A stretch of DNA of 32,000 nt from Amoeboradix gromovi X-113. Lineage: Eukaryota > Fungi > Sanchytriomycota. The translations under genes were made by a program, and so were the position numbers. Below the pieces are notes generated by a model, which had not been told where the DNA came from, did no database searches, and worked only from the letters and a program-made list of their open reading frames with translations. Below are positions 1 to 11,025 of the stretch, in pieces (the first letter of the stretch is position 1; each line of letters starts with the position of its first letter). The stretch covers positions 1 through 32,000 of the forward strand of contig JADGIF010000030.1 of assembly GCA_018985225.1 (NCBI GenBank), read 5' to 3'.

Positions 1-378
1 AATGCGGTCAAAGGTAGGTTTATCTTCTGCATTAACAGTATCGATTTTATCTCTTGTACATGTCTTGTTTATCACAGTGGTCTCGTCTTTTTCTTCATCG
101 TAGACTTCTATTTGGTACGTATATTTTGGTTGTTCTATTGTATACTTTTTAATAAATTGAAGTGAGTAGCCATCTGTTCTAATATTAGTAATACCCACTT
201 CAATATTACCGTTGGTATAACTACAGGCTTCCTTAAACACTTCTGAAAAGGAAAAATTCATCATTTTTACAAAAGATTTCAAATCCATGGCAATGATATT
301 GTCTTTAAAAGCACCCAATGGATAGAAGTAACCCGCTCGTGCTAGACATCCTTGTTTAAGTGCATTTAACCATATCAT
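1..378 (-). CDS. Fanzor1-like RNA-guided nuclease, internal fragment (5'-truncated, runs off left edge)
   Basis: Open frame 378->1, absent from the ORF track because it has no stop in the window: MIWLNALKQGCLARAGYFYPLGAFKDNIIAMDLKSFVKMMNFSFSEVF...ITNIRTDGYSLQFIKKY... It matches Fanzor1 motifs 'F..PL..FK..I.ID' and 'I.TDG.S' that precede RuvC-I. Confidence 0.65.
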   Translation of the reverse strand, partial: MIWLNALKQGCLARAGYFYPLGAFKDNIIAMDLKSFVKMMNFSFSEVFKEACSYTNGNIEVGITNIRTDGYSLQFIKKYTIEQPKYTYQIEVYDEEKDETTVINKTCTRDKIDTVNAEDKPTFDRI

Positions 379-610
379 CTCTTTCTAGGCACTGAAAGAC
401 ATCTAATTCTTCCATGTTTGTACCAGTTCCTCAGTGTTGGTGAATGTATGCTGCACCTGTTAGTTATTTCTTTAGAATTGATTTACCATTTGGGAAAAGG
501 AAGAATACCTAGTATTTAAGCTATTAGATAAATCTGGAAAAGTCATGAAATTATACAAAAATGCATACAAATTCGCAATAAATGATTTATTCAAGAAAAT
601 AGTCAAGCTG
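377..610 (-). mobile_element. IS607-like left end plus decayed TnpA MerR-type HTH (inverted copy of 27006-27205)
   Basis: Reverse complement of 377-544 is ~90% identical (about 16 mismatches in ~168 nt) to 27039-27205. 482->375 translates INSKEITNRCSIHSPTLRNWYKHGRIRCLSVPRKR*, like the IS607 TnpA N-terminal HTH. Confidence 0.7.
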
Positions 611-636
611 TTTACAGAGTTACTCTCCTCGGTATC

Positions 637-1557
637 ATGAGAGCAACATCAACAACATTTACGACCGTTAAGCTTATCCTTTCCAACTATAAAATGTTTC
701 TCAGGTCTAGACATTTTAAGATAATCTTGCTTACAGTATCGGCAATTTTGTTGCTTAAAAGGTTCAAAGCCAATATTTATAATTGGATAAATGGAAATCT
801 CATTGATACCACAATAGCTTTAGGGTATCCACTATTTTACAATGACGTTAATGATGCATTAGAAAAATCAAAACCGGATTTCGCAAATCTGGTGCCAAAT
901 GCAATGAGAGCATCATTTAAGAAAGTGTTGGGAATTGCAGAGGATGACAACAGCAATCAAATATGGTGGAACAGTATTATGCACAGAGTTTTTTTTAATG
1001 TCGAAGAATGGATCAGCAACATAGAGGATCAAATGAAAGTTGAGGTTAGTAAAACCTTGAATGACTCCAAAGAGAGCATTACACTGGCAGTAATCAGGGG
1101 TGCTCAAAATCATTTACATCTCGACGTTAATCATAAAATCGCTATTAGATATGTGTATTCAGAGACTTGGAAGCACTGGTTAAGAATGCTAGCAGAAGAT
1201 TTGCTAAAATCTATTTTAATAGAAGTCAATCAAGAAATACACGTACAGACTGTAAGTTTAATTGCAGACATGAAAACAAAACTGCCCAAATGGTTACCGC
1301 AGCAGCTAACTTCCTTGCTACCTGGCGAACTTATTGCACCTCCTGCATATATACCAAGTAACCTGATAGAAAGAGTTTGGAAATGGATTTTAGAATTAGA
1401 AGTATCAGTTTTATCCCAGATACATGAAAGAATAGAAATGGAAGTTGACTTGACAGAAAAGAAGTTGTGTCAAATCACAGAGCAAAGACTCAGAGAATCT
1501 ATCCAAGACAAGCTGAAAATAACTGGGTTGAACATGTTAGAACCAATAGAGCCTTAG
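637..1557 (+). CDS. hypothetical protein, possible N-terminal hydrophobic anchor
   Basis: 306-aa ORF; hydrophobic segment IILLTVSAILLL; no family recognised; start could be the ATG at 694. Confidence 0.65.
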   Translation: MRATSTTFTTVKLILSNYKMFLRSRHFKIILLTVSAILLLKRFKANIYNWINGNLIDTTIALGYPLFYNDVNDALEKSKPDFANLVPNAMRASFKKVLGIAEDDNSNQIWWNSIMHRVFFNVEEWISNIEDQMKVEVSKTLNDSKESITLAVIRGAQNHLHLDVNHKIAIRYVYSETWKHWLRMLAEDLLKSILIEVNQEIHVQTVSLIADMKTKLPKWLPQQLTSLLPGELIAPPAYIPSNLIERVWKWILELEVSVLSQIHERIEMEVDLTEKKLCQITEQRLRESIQDKLKITGLNMLEPIEP

Positions 1558-1652
1558 AATATAAAAATAAATGTAGTTTATCTTATTTTTTATTCAACGC
1601 CTAGTAGACACTTCTAGTGACTGCCGTTTAAGTGAATTTATGAACTTAATAA

Positions 1653-2967
<1,315 letters not shown>

Positions 2968-2991
2968 ATTTCAGTTTTTATTTTTCCAAAC

Positions 2992-5900
2992 ATGATTGAT
3001 CCTATTCTTGAATTTGAATCCAAATTTGGCAGCAAAAGTGATCCTGACAACAACGGAATATCGAAGGCGATAAGTGTTATGCTAAATCTTAATCAGAACA
3101 CTGTATATGGTATCTTGGTATTTATTAAAAATAATCACCATTCTGAATACAATGGAAATATGGAATGGATTCAAGATATATTTATTCCCATCTACTTTAA
3201 TCAGTATTCTCTTTTTTGGAAGCAATTTGAGAGCGAATTAGAAGCTAAAATGGATAGCAATACTGCTACTACTAATGATTTAGCAATATGCTGGAAAGGT
3301 TTGTTGTCTCCGATATTCCCTTCACATCCACTAATACTTCATTTATTAATCACCACTACTGGCTACATTACAATGGATTTAAATTACCGATTAGAGTACA
3401 TCTCAAACTGCTCTAAAATTATGCAATTGTACTCCAATATCCCACCCTCTGATCCCATATATGCCAATTGCATTAAGCAAAATACTAAGTTAATGCTAAT
3501 TGTGATTGTATCCATAATATTCCTCCAAAAGAACGAGTCATTTAATTCTAGTTTTTATTCGTCCATAAAATCTTTTATAAGCACTTTTCCCTTGCCGGGT
3601 CCAATATATTTAGCACTAGCGGGCCTGGAGTCTCCCGAATCTTCTGAGTTTGCACTATCCTCTTTTAAGTCTAATACAATCTCGATTTTAAATAGTTTAT
3701 TACAATCTAGCATCCCCAACATCCCTGACTTTTCCTCCTTGTTAGCTAGCATGACTTATTCTATCATAAATAATTTCTGTTACATATTCAACCTTGATTT
3801 GTTATCCAAGTCCCTCATGGACTCCATATACTCTCTTAATTCGACTGTTCTTTCCATATTAGATGGAAACAACATGATTTTGGTCCCTAACCAACCTACA
3901 GATTTCAAATTCAATGTATCACAATCTCATTTATTTCAATATACATTTCAGCATCTACCTTCTTTAATTCATCCCTTCTTAGCTTTTCTACCGTATATAT
4001 TTGAACCCTTAGTCGTCAGTTTGGGCATTCCAGACAACATGCTCTTTTTTGATTTGAATTCTACATGTTATACCACTGTTCCATCCAGTAATTCTATCTC
4101 AATTCTAGTCAGTTCTAGTACATCGATTCTGTTATTAATATCGCCGTTTTTGTTAAGCAATAATCCTTTTAATCATTCAATCTATGATTACATTTACAAT
4201 CTTTGTACTTTAGAAAACAATGCGTTGAATCTTATAAACACTATCAATCACTATATCAGGAATACCAGCCTAGTTAAAGCGATGCAAAGAGACACTATGA
4301 ACAACTCTAATGATAAAACTAATAAAAGTGTGTCCAAACTTGTTTGCTTGTTATTCCCTCTTGATTTTAACTTGCTTACTATATTTTACAAATGCAACAA
4401 GCTGCTATTCATGCATTCTATCTGCAAGTATTCTATACATCGTGAAATACCTACTAGTCATTATAGCAATGCTCTATATACTCTGCATGCTAATATAAAC
4501 AGTATATGCGCTAGCAGTACCCCGAGTAGCACCATAGATTTGTTGTTGTCCAGTGTATTGTATGTTGTAATGGTTTATTACAACTATAACAACTGCTCTA
4601 ACCCTGCTTATATTCAGGCCATAAATACTGTGTTAGATGTAGCTCTGTTGATTGATCTTGCAAATGACTACATTAGCAGCTGTGGCGGCAGTAGCAGCAA
4701 TAGTAATAATGCCAATTGTACCCTTACGGGTGTATCGTATGCCTGCTCAATATTGCATTTGTCAAACTCTACCGTTTCTAACGTCCCAAATTATCCGATT
4801 AATATCATCATCAAAATTGTCAATCCACTGCTGTACAGCAATGAGATAAATCAATATTACTCCACCAGATTCGATGATTTAATCGACCTGTATCCGCATG
4901 GTATAATATTGACCAAACGCACTGTTGAACTACTCCTAAGTAAAATTGATGCCAAGGGTGCTGGCTTGGATAATTTGCAAACTTATAAATGGCTATTTAA
5001 CCTGTATATACTACTAAAGCACTGTAATTACTACAAGATATCAATTAATGCACCCGAATATGCTGTCATGTACATGAACATGAGTGCTATAACGATGAGT
5101 GACCAGCAGAATTCCGAATATCCAATGCTGCTTATTGATGTACAAACACGAGGTTTGTTGGAGTTGCTGAACATAGGCAATAACAACATTGAGTTTCTTT
5201 GTTGTGAATATGTACTAAACCATGGAAACAACGTTGAAATAGAACACATCGATGCTATGATAAATGCCATTAGTATAAATGGGTTAAACAGATTACTAGG
5301 AATGATGGACATTACAATACTGAATGGAGTGGCAATCATGGATATCATATTATACAGATGTATTAGTATACTGCTGTTGAAAGAACAGGAGCAAGAACTA
5401 GACATGAACAGCGTAATAGGATGCATACATTTGATGATAAATGTACAGCTGTACTCCAAAGTAACAAGTGAGATAGTTTACAGACTTATTATTATAATGG
5501 AGTATTACAACACAGATATTATGAATGATTTGGTTGAGATCAATAAAAGCAGAAAGAGCGAATTGATATACTTAATAATTACTAACATCGTAATAGCTAA
5601 TAGTGTGGAAATAAGTAAAACAACTGATGACGGCTCGTTGTGGAGCAAGAGACTGCAGTTGATATTTGAAAGCAGTGGTCAAAAGAAGATCAATGACATT
5701 TCCCAATTTGATGGAATAGATAGCCGAATAGTCTGTACATTTAATAGTTTAATCGACTTAAGGGACGGAGTAGTGCGTTTAGATAGATTGGATAGTGTGG
5801 AGATGGACAAGCTGGGGACTATAGAAATCAAGAGCATATTCACTGGAATAATAGAAGACAGGGTAAAACTAGATGCGTCAATGGTTAGAAGAATAATAGA

Positions 5901-6105
5901 GATTATAAGAGAGGATAATGAATTGAAATCGATGATGATAAGCTACATCAACAAAGCAGACATGAAAGGAGAGGTTTTAGTAGAATATAACGAACTAATG
6001 AATATCAAAGAGCAGCAATTTCATGAGCAACAGGAGAGCGTTTCTACAGTTCCAGTAAAAATACAAGGAATAGAAAAATGGACAATGGAAGATGTACTGG
6101 CTTAA
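2992..6105 (+). CDS. large, fast-evolving, probably alpha-helical protein (weak resemblance to a Nup188-type nucleoporin N-terminus)
   Basis: 1037-aa ORF with strong compositional gradient; family call is only a guess from GPIYLALA and size. Confidence 0.6.
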   Translation: MIDPILEFESKFGSKSDPDNNGISKAISVMLNLNQNTVYGILVFIKNNHHSEYNGNMEWIQDIFIPIYFNQYSLFWKQFESELEAKMDSNTATTNDLAICWKGLLSPIFPSHPLILHLLITTTGYITMDLNYRLEYISNCSKIMQLYSNIPPSDPIYANCIKQNTKLMLIVIVSIIFLQKNESFNSSFYSSIKSFISTFPLPGPIYLALAGLESPESSEFALSSFKSNTISILNSLLQSSIPNIPDFSSLLASMTYSIINNFCYIFNLDLLSKSLMDSIYSLNSTVLSILDGNNMILVPNQPTDFKFNVSQSHLFQYTFQHLPSLIHPFLAFLPYIFEPLVVSLGIPDNMLFFDLNSTCYTTVPSSNSISILVSSSTSILLLISPFLLSNNPFNHSIYDYIYNLCTLENNALNLINTINHYIRNTSLVKAMQRDTMNNSNDKTNKSVSKLVCLLFPLDFNLLTIFYKCNKLLFMHSICKYSIHREIPTSHYSNALYTLHANINSICASSTPSSTIDLLLSSVLYVVMVYYNYNNCSNPAYIQAINTVLDVALLIDLANDYISSCGGSSSNSNNANCTLTGVSYACSILHLSNSTVSNVPNYPINIIIKIVNPLLYSNEINQYYSTRFDDLIDLYPHGIILTKRTVELLLSKIDAKGAGLDNLQTYKWLFNLYILLKHCNYYKISINAPEYAVMYMNMSAITMSDQQNSEYPMLLIDVQTRGLLELLNIGNNNIEFLCCEYVLNHGNNVEIEHIDAMINAISINGLNRLLGMMDITILNGVAIMDIILYRCISILLLKEQEQELDMNSVIGCIHLMINVQLYSKVTSEIVYRLIIIMEYYNTDIMNDLVEINKSRKSELIYLIITNIVIANSVEISKTTDDGSLWSKRLQLIFESSGQKKINDISQFDGIDSRIVCTFNSLIDLRDGVVRLDRLDSVEMDKLGTIEIKSIFTGIIEDRVKLDASMVRRIIEIIREDNELKSMMISYINKADMKGEVLVEYNELMNIKEQQFHEQQESVSTVPVKIQGIEKWTMEDVLA

Positions 6106-6126
6106 GTAAATAAAAATAGAATTAAT

Positions 6127-8706
6127 TTATTGATTAACCAAACTACACCTTGAGCATACCGAGTTATTGCTGGGCGCCAAAGATCTCCAGCATCGAATGC
6201 ATTTGAATTTGTTAGACTTCAATATGGATATTTCAGATCGACTGGGATTAAATTGTACAGAAGAGACACCAAACAAATCAGCTAGTTCAAGGTTAAATGC
6301 GTGATCTTTACAGTCCAAAACGACAATAGCATCGAGAGGATTCGAAATAAAATTAGATTTGATAGCAGCATCCAACAATCGGTTAACAGTAGACTTGGTT
6401 GACAGTAAAAGTGAGAATTCAGTCAACAGCTGCTGATTGTCAAACCTGTTCAATATGTCATACTCAAGACTAAAAATTGAATCCGTGTGGTTCAGATGAT
6501 TATATGCCTCTTCGGCCAGAGACGGTGTAATTGGGGCGATCCATTTCAATATATTGATTAGCAAGACCTCCAATGTAAATATCGATGACATTCTTCGTCT
6601 GCTATCAATTGAATCACAATACAGCCGATCCTTTATAGTTTCAAAATATACAGCTGACAATTTCATGTTTATAAAGTGGTTAATAGAATGAACTACCGCA
6701 TGATATTCAAACCCACTGTAGTGCGATAAAATAGCTTTGTGAGTACTAGCCATCTCAGCCAATATCCATTTATCAATCTGGCTGGTATCATTATAATCCT
6801 CTGTATATCTTAACTTGTCATTTAGGTTTCCTAGCATGTACTTAATTGCGATTCTCCATTTCTTTAAATCCTTAGCTGTTGACTCGATTATACGTGGCCC
6901 TATTTGAACATCCTTAGTAAACTGAGTGCTTGCACACCATAGTCTTAATCCATCTACTCCCAATGCTTTATTTGACTTGGTCCCATGTATTACCGACTTG
7001 GGATCAATAACGTTTCCAACGCTCTTGGACATTTTTCGTTTTTGTTCATCTAGAACAAATCCATGCGTAATAATTTGTTTGGTGGGAGACTGCTTGTTTA
7101 TCGCAACACTCAGCAGCATGGAAGACTGAAACCATCCTCTGTGCTGATCTGTTCCTTCTATGTAGCAGTCTGCCTGCTTGTCTAGTATATGCCAAGATAT
7201 GCCGCTGTCAAACCAAACATCCATAGTGTCATCTTCCTTGGTCAAATAAGGGGCCATATACTTTAGCTCTGATGGCAAGAACTCGCTTAATGGCATTGTA
7301 AACCATGCGTTAGGGCCCAGTTCTTTAATTATACCGATAATATGTTCAAACAAATCGGTATTCATGAATGGCTTGTTATCTCTTAAATCATACATCATTA
7401 AAATAGGAACACCCCAAAATCGTTGTCGGCTTATACACCATTCTGATCTACTCGTTATACTATCTATGAGCTTAGATTTGGAGTGTGGAGGGATAAAACT
7501 TACAGAATTAACAGAATCTAAAGCATCCTGTTTTAAGAGGTTAACGTTACAGAACCACTGCAGAGTAGCTCGAGTAACAATTGGCTGCTTCTTCCTCCAA
7601 TCCACAGGATATGAGTGACTGTATGGCTCCGTGTGAAGCAGCAAGTTACTGGCTTTTAGCAGCTCGATCACTCTATCAGTACCCTGTGTCAGTGCGTATA
7701 ATCCCTCTAATGCAGGGATGTTGCATGACTTGTCAAAGAGACCATCTTCGTCGATAAAACAAGTTATCTTGATATCATGGGCTTTGCATATGACATAGTC
7801 GTCGGCTCCGTGGCCACCTGCTATGTGTACAAGACCTGTTTGACTATCTGAGACATGACTGCCTATAAGAATGGGGTGCCTAGTATTATAGAATGGATGT
7901 GTGTACTTCATGTTTAGCAAATCTTCAGTTCTGATATCTAATAGTGTGTAATTCGTATTATTCTTTATTTCAGCTAATCTATGGACAAAGCTCTGGGCAG
8001 TTATATAAGATTCATCGTCAAACTGACATATCACGTACTTGATATCAGGGCTAACACAAACAGCGTTATTGGATGGCACTGTATAAGGAGTGGTGGTCCA
8101 TACGAGTAGAAACAATTTATCCCTGATTTTCAACTTGCAAAAGATTGATTTGCTAGTTATAAGATTGTACTCTATTTCAGCCTCCGCCAAAGCTGTTTTG
8201 TTAGCGGGAGACCAATAAACAGGTTTATATTCCCTATAAACAAGACCACTTTTATAAAGTTGATGAAATATTTGCAATTGCTTGACAACATAACTATTAT
8301 CCATAGTTTTATATGGATTATCCCAATCCGCTATAATATTCCATGATTGGAACTGCAAAAGTTGTGTTTTTAAGCTGCTCATGGCGTAAAGACAGGCTTC
8401 ATGCCGGATATCTATCGGAAGTGAAGCCTTGGTTCTAGCTCTTAATTCAACAGGGAGACCATGAGTATCAAATCCAGGTCGCATATATACGTTATTGCCT
8501 CTTAATAGCCTATACCGAAGGGTAATATCTTTGATAATTTTATTTAAAGCATGTCCCAAATGCAACTGACCACTACAATAAGGTGGCCCGTCATGTATTA
8601 CATATTTTGGACCATTCTTAGCTGGTATCTTTTTGTTTATAAACTGCGAATTCTTCTTGAATTTCGTCATTGGCAAGATAACTTTCGTTGCAATTATGTT
8701 GTTCAT
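6127..8706 (-). CDS. ISM1: isoleucyl-tRNA synthetase, mitochondrial/bacterial type
   Basis: HDGPPY..G.LHLGH (HIGH), WCISRQR.WG, EG.DQHRGWFQSS, KMSKS, C-terminal CxRCWR..CxRC zinc finger. Confidence 0.95.
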   Translation of the reverse strand: MNNIIATKVILPMTKFKKNSQFINKKIPAKNGPKYVIHDGPPYCSGQLHLGHALNKIIKDITLRYRLLRGNNVYMRPGFDTHGLPVELRARTKASLPIDIRHEACLYAMSSLKTQLLQFQSWNIIADWDNPYKTMDNSYVVKQLQIFHQLYKSGLVYREYKPVYWSPANKTALAEAEIEYNLITSKSIFCKLKIRDKLFLLVWTTTPYTVPSNNAVCVSPDIKYVICQFDDESYITAQSFVHRLAEIKNNTNYTLLDIRTEDLLNMKYTHPFYNTRHPILIGSHVSDSQTGLVHIAGGHGADDYVICKAHDIKITCFIDEDGLFDKSCNIPALEGLYALTQGTDRVIELLKASNLLLHTEPYSHSYPVDWRKKQPIVTRATLQWFCNVNLLKQDALDSVNSVSFIPPHSKSKLIDSITSRSEWCISRQRFWGVPILMMYDLRDNKPFMNTDLFEHIIGIIKELGPNAWFTMPLSEFLPSELKYMAPYLTKEDDTMDVWFDSGISWHILDKQADCYIEGTDQHRGWFQSSMLLSVAINKQSPTKQIITHGFVLDEQKRKMSKSVGNVIDPKSVIHGTKSNKALGVDGLRLWCASTQFTKDVQIGPRIIESTAKDLKKWRIAIKYMLGNLNDKLRYTEDYNDTSQIDKWILAEMASTHKAILSHYSGFEYHAVVHSINHFINMKLSAVYFETIKDRLYCDSIDSRRRMSSIFTLEVLLINILKWIAPITPSLAEEAYNHLNHTDSIFSLEYDILNRFDNQQLLTEFSLLLSTKSTVNRLLDAAIKSNFISNPLDAIVVLDCKDHAFNLELADLFGVSSVQFNPSRSEISILKSNKFKCIRCWRSLAPSNNSVCSRCSLVNQ

Positions 8707-8728
8707 ACACGGATAATACTGCTTGAAA

Positions 8729-9079
8729 ATGAGTTCAACTCCGATGGATCTGAGAGTTTTTACATCATTTCTAAACCAGCTCTACGCACCGCTAGAGAAA
8801 CTTATGGGTTGGCAGGATTTCACATGGCAACAATTGCAAACAAGCTATCAAACAATAGTAGAGAGATACCAGAGATTGATGAACAACTTAGGAGAAGCAC
8901 AAGAGCAAACACTATTATATCCCTTTAAGCCGACTGGAACAAAGACCATATATCCTAATGTGTATTTGCGGTCCAAGCATGAACCATTTATAGATGAGTA
9001 TCTGATGTCGTTGCAGGGTATAGAATACGATTATGATTCAGAAATTGATGACACACTTCTTCTGTTTGAAGCGCAATAA
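8729..9079 (+). CDS. MED8: Mediator subunit 8 (short)
   Basis: W..LQ..Y..I...Y..L, LLYP and YLRSKHEPFIDEY resemble the Med8 'LR.K..P.VE.W' motif. Confidence 0.7.
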   Translation: MSSTPMDLRVFTSFLNQLYAPLEKLMGWQDFTWQQLQTSYQTIVERYQRLMNNLGEAQEQTLLYPFKPTGTKTIYPNVYLRSKHEPFIDEYLMSLQGIEYDYDSEIDDTLLLFEAQ

Positions 9080-9151
9080 ATACAAAAATAATTTTACAAT
9101 TTTCTTAGAATTTTGAACTCTTCTCCTAACGTTTTACTGCAATTTCATTCA

Positions 9152-10123
9152 ATGGAAGAATTATCTCCGTTTCACCATCTGCTGCAACAGCAGACTACTG
9201 GGAAGGCATCCAATGACAAAATAATTAATTTAAAAGCAAAATACTCATCTAGTTTGGCATCGAATGAGAGTTCCATTGCTGTCTTGAAAAATAGGAAGGT
9301 GAAAGTCATAAAAAAAAACGAAAATGCCAAGGTCTGTCTTGTTAAAAAGGACGGCGCCAGCCTGCTATTTAGCAACATTGTAGATGAATATCCAAAGGGT
9401 GCTGAGGTGATGCAAGTTGAAGAATGTCCATCTCTTCCAACTAGACCACTTCTGCCGTCCACATCACAAATTAGACTTGATAGAGGTATTGAATTTCTAT
9501 ACACGTCATTCGGAAGCCACTTGCCAAGCAAGGATAGTAGCACTGCTGTGTTAGGAGAGAGAGAAACCATGCTGTTTAATAAAAGACTGGAGAGGAAGAA
9601 ATGGAAATTAAAACAACTAGAATACGTAGACGGAATGGATATTGATGAAAACATATACAACTTTGTCCAAAAACAAGGTGATGCCAAGCTGTTAAAGAAA
9701 ATCAAAAACAATCCAAAATCAATCGAGGCGCTTCAGGTCAAAATTGAATTTCTGTTGAAATGGATGCAGTGCATAGCTAGGCTAAAAGACGATTTAGATG
9801 CAGAGACGCCCACCGAAAAGATACTAGATGCTATTTATCGTAAATCTCTAGTAGCACATATCACCGCTTGTTCAAAAGCTAATAAAACTTCAAAGTATTT
9901 ATACAAACATCCTAAAAAGGATATTAGAGCTATGATGGATCGATTGATTTTAAAAATACCACCATTCCAAGGAAACTTATCCACTGATAAGCCATTTTCA
10001 TTCACTTGCAATATGGAAGACAGCATTCCCAAAAATGCAAACATTGGTTCTGAGTACCCATTGGAACCTGAAGATGTTGAAAACTATTACATACTTAAAG
10101 ATATCGCAGCACCTGCTGAATAA
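9152..10123 (+). CDS. Rsc58/BRD7-9 (DUF3512)-like chromatin remodeller subunit
   Basis: LLFSN and FLYTSFGSHLPSKDSSTAVL resemble the 'L.Y..FSSFAP..DS..A' motif. Confidence 0.5.
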   Translation: MEELSPFHHLLQQQTTGKASNDKIINLKAKYSSSLASNESSIAVLKNRKVKVIKKNENAKVCLVKKDGASLLFSNIVDEYPKGAEVMQVEECPSLPTRPLLPSTSQIRLDRGIEFLYTSFGSHLPSKDSSTAVLGERETMLFNKRLERKKWKLKQLEYVDGMDIDENIYNFVQKQGDAKLLKKIKNNPKSIEALQVKIEFLLKWMQCIARLKDDLDAETPTEKILDAIYRKSLVAHITACSKANKTSKYLYKHPKKDIRAMMDRLILKIPPFQGNLSTDKPFSFTCNMEDSIPKNANIGSEYPLEPEDVENYYILKDIAAPAE

Positions 10124-10157
10124 ATCTAGTCATTTTAAAACAAAATCTTTTATCTCC

Positions 10158-11000
10158 ATGCTTCAATCGTCCGATAATGGATCTCGTCAAAAGGGTTTGC
10201 TGGATAAGCTAAAATCTGTTAATAAGTTCAAACAGCGGCAAGAGTATTTCAAGAATGCTTTTCTAGATTGCTCTACTAATTTGGGATTTATTGAAATAGG
10301 ACTACAAGAGGAATTTAAAGTAAATCCATTAGGTGAACCTGATCGCGTAAACATATACTCAACGTATGATTCAGAATATTATGATCCTTGGAAAATGTTT
10401 ATTCCAAATATTCACACTAAATTGATATGCAGCTCCAAGATTTATGGATGCTGTTCTATGATATCATTCATAAGGGAGTCAAAATACCCATTTGAAAAGA
10501 GCGACACAGTATTTATATACGATATCGATGAGTACTTTAAAGAGGTTCAAAAGAACTTTACCAGAGTTATGAACAACAAAGATGTGGACATGAGTACAAT
10601 AATCACCAAAGACGAGTTGGAAACCTGGATGCTGCGTGGTGTTTTGGATGGTTATAAAATACTATTGTCGTCTAAGTCACAGCTGATATTGACACTTAAG
10701 CAGTATTGCAAGCATGCTGCATACAAACCTTACAGAGACGTATTAGAGGGGGGCATAGGACTGAACAGATGTCAGGAGCTTCCAACTGATATATGGTATC
10801 GTATGTTGGAGAATATACCAAGAATAAGAAAGACTGAAATTGACAAGTTCATTTTAGAATTCCCGAGTCTAAATGACTTCTTTAAAACTGTTAATGCATA
10901 CGAAAAATCTTTTCCTAATGAAGGATTTAAGGCTATCAAGTCAGTTGGTCAAGCTACAGCAATTCGTGCTTACAACATATTCTTTGGAAGAGATCAGTAA
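10158..11000 (+). CDS. EME1: EME1/Mms4-like non-catalytic subunit of the Mus81 endonuclease
   Basis: AAYKPYR, W.RML..IPRI, FPSL, VG...A.RAY.IF (degenerate ERCC4 plus HhH). Confidence 0.7.
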   Translation: MLQSSDNGSRQKGLLDKLKSVNKFKQRQEYFKNAFLDCSTNLGFIEIGLQEEFKVNPLGEPDRVNIYSTYDSEYYDPWKMFIPNIHTKLICSSKIYGCCSMISFIRESKYPFEKSDTVFIYDIDEYFKEVQKNFTRVMNNKDVDMSTIITKDELETWMLRGVLDGYKILLSSKSQLILTLKQYCKHAAYKPYRDVLEGGIGLNRCQELPTDIWYRMLENIPRIRKTEIDKFILEFPSLNDFFKTVNAYEKSFPNEGFKAIKSVGQATAIRAYNIFFGRDQ

Positions 11001-11025
11001 AAACTTTTTTGTTTTTTATTTTTAT

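Noticed and set aside
376-546. Gene starting at ATG 546(-) with a 30-nt intron and two in-frame TAGs, suggesting TAG=Gln recoding
   Set aside because: The conserved frame is the IS607 HTH frame. Housekeeping genes here end in TAA/TAG and have no internal TAR once introns are removed.
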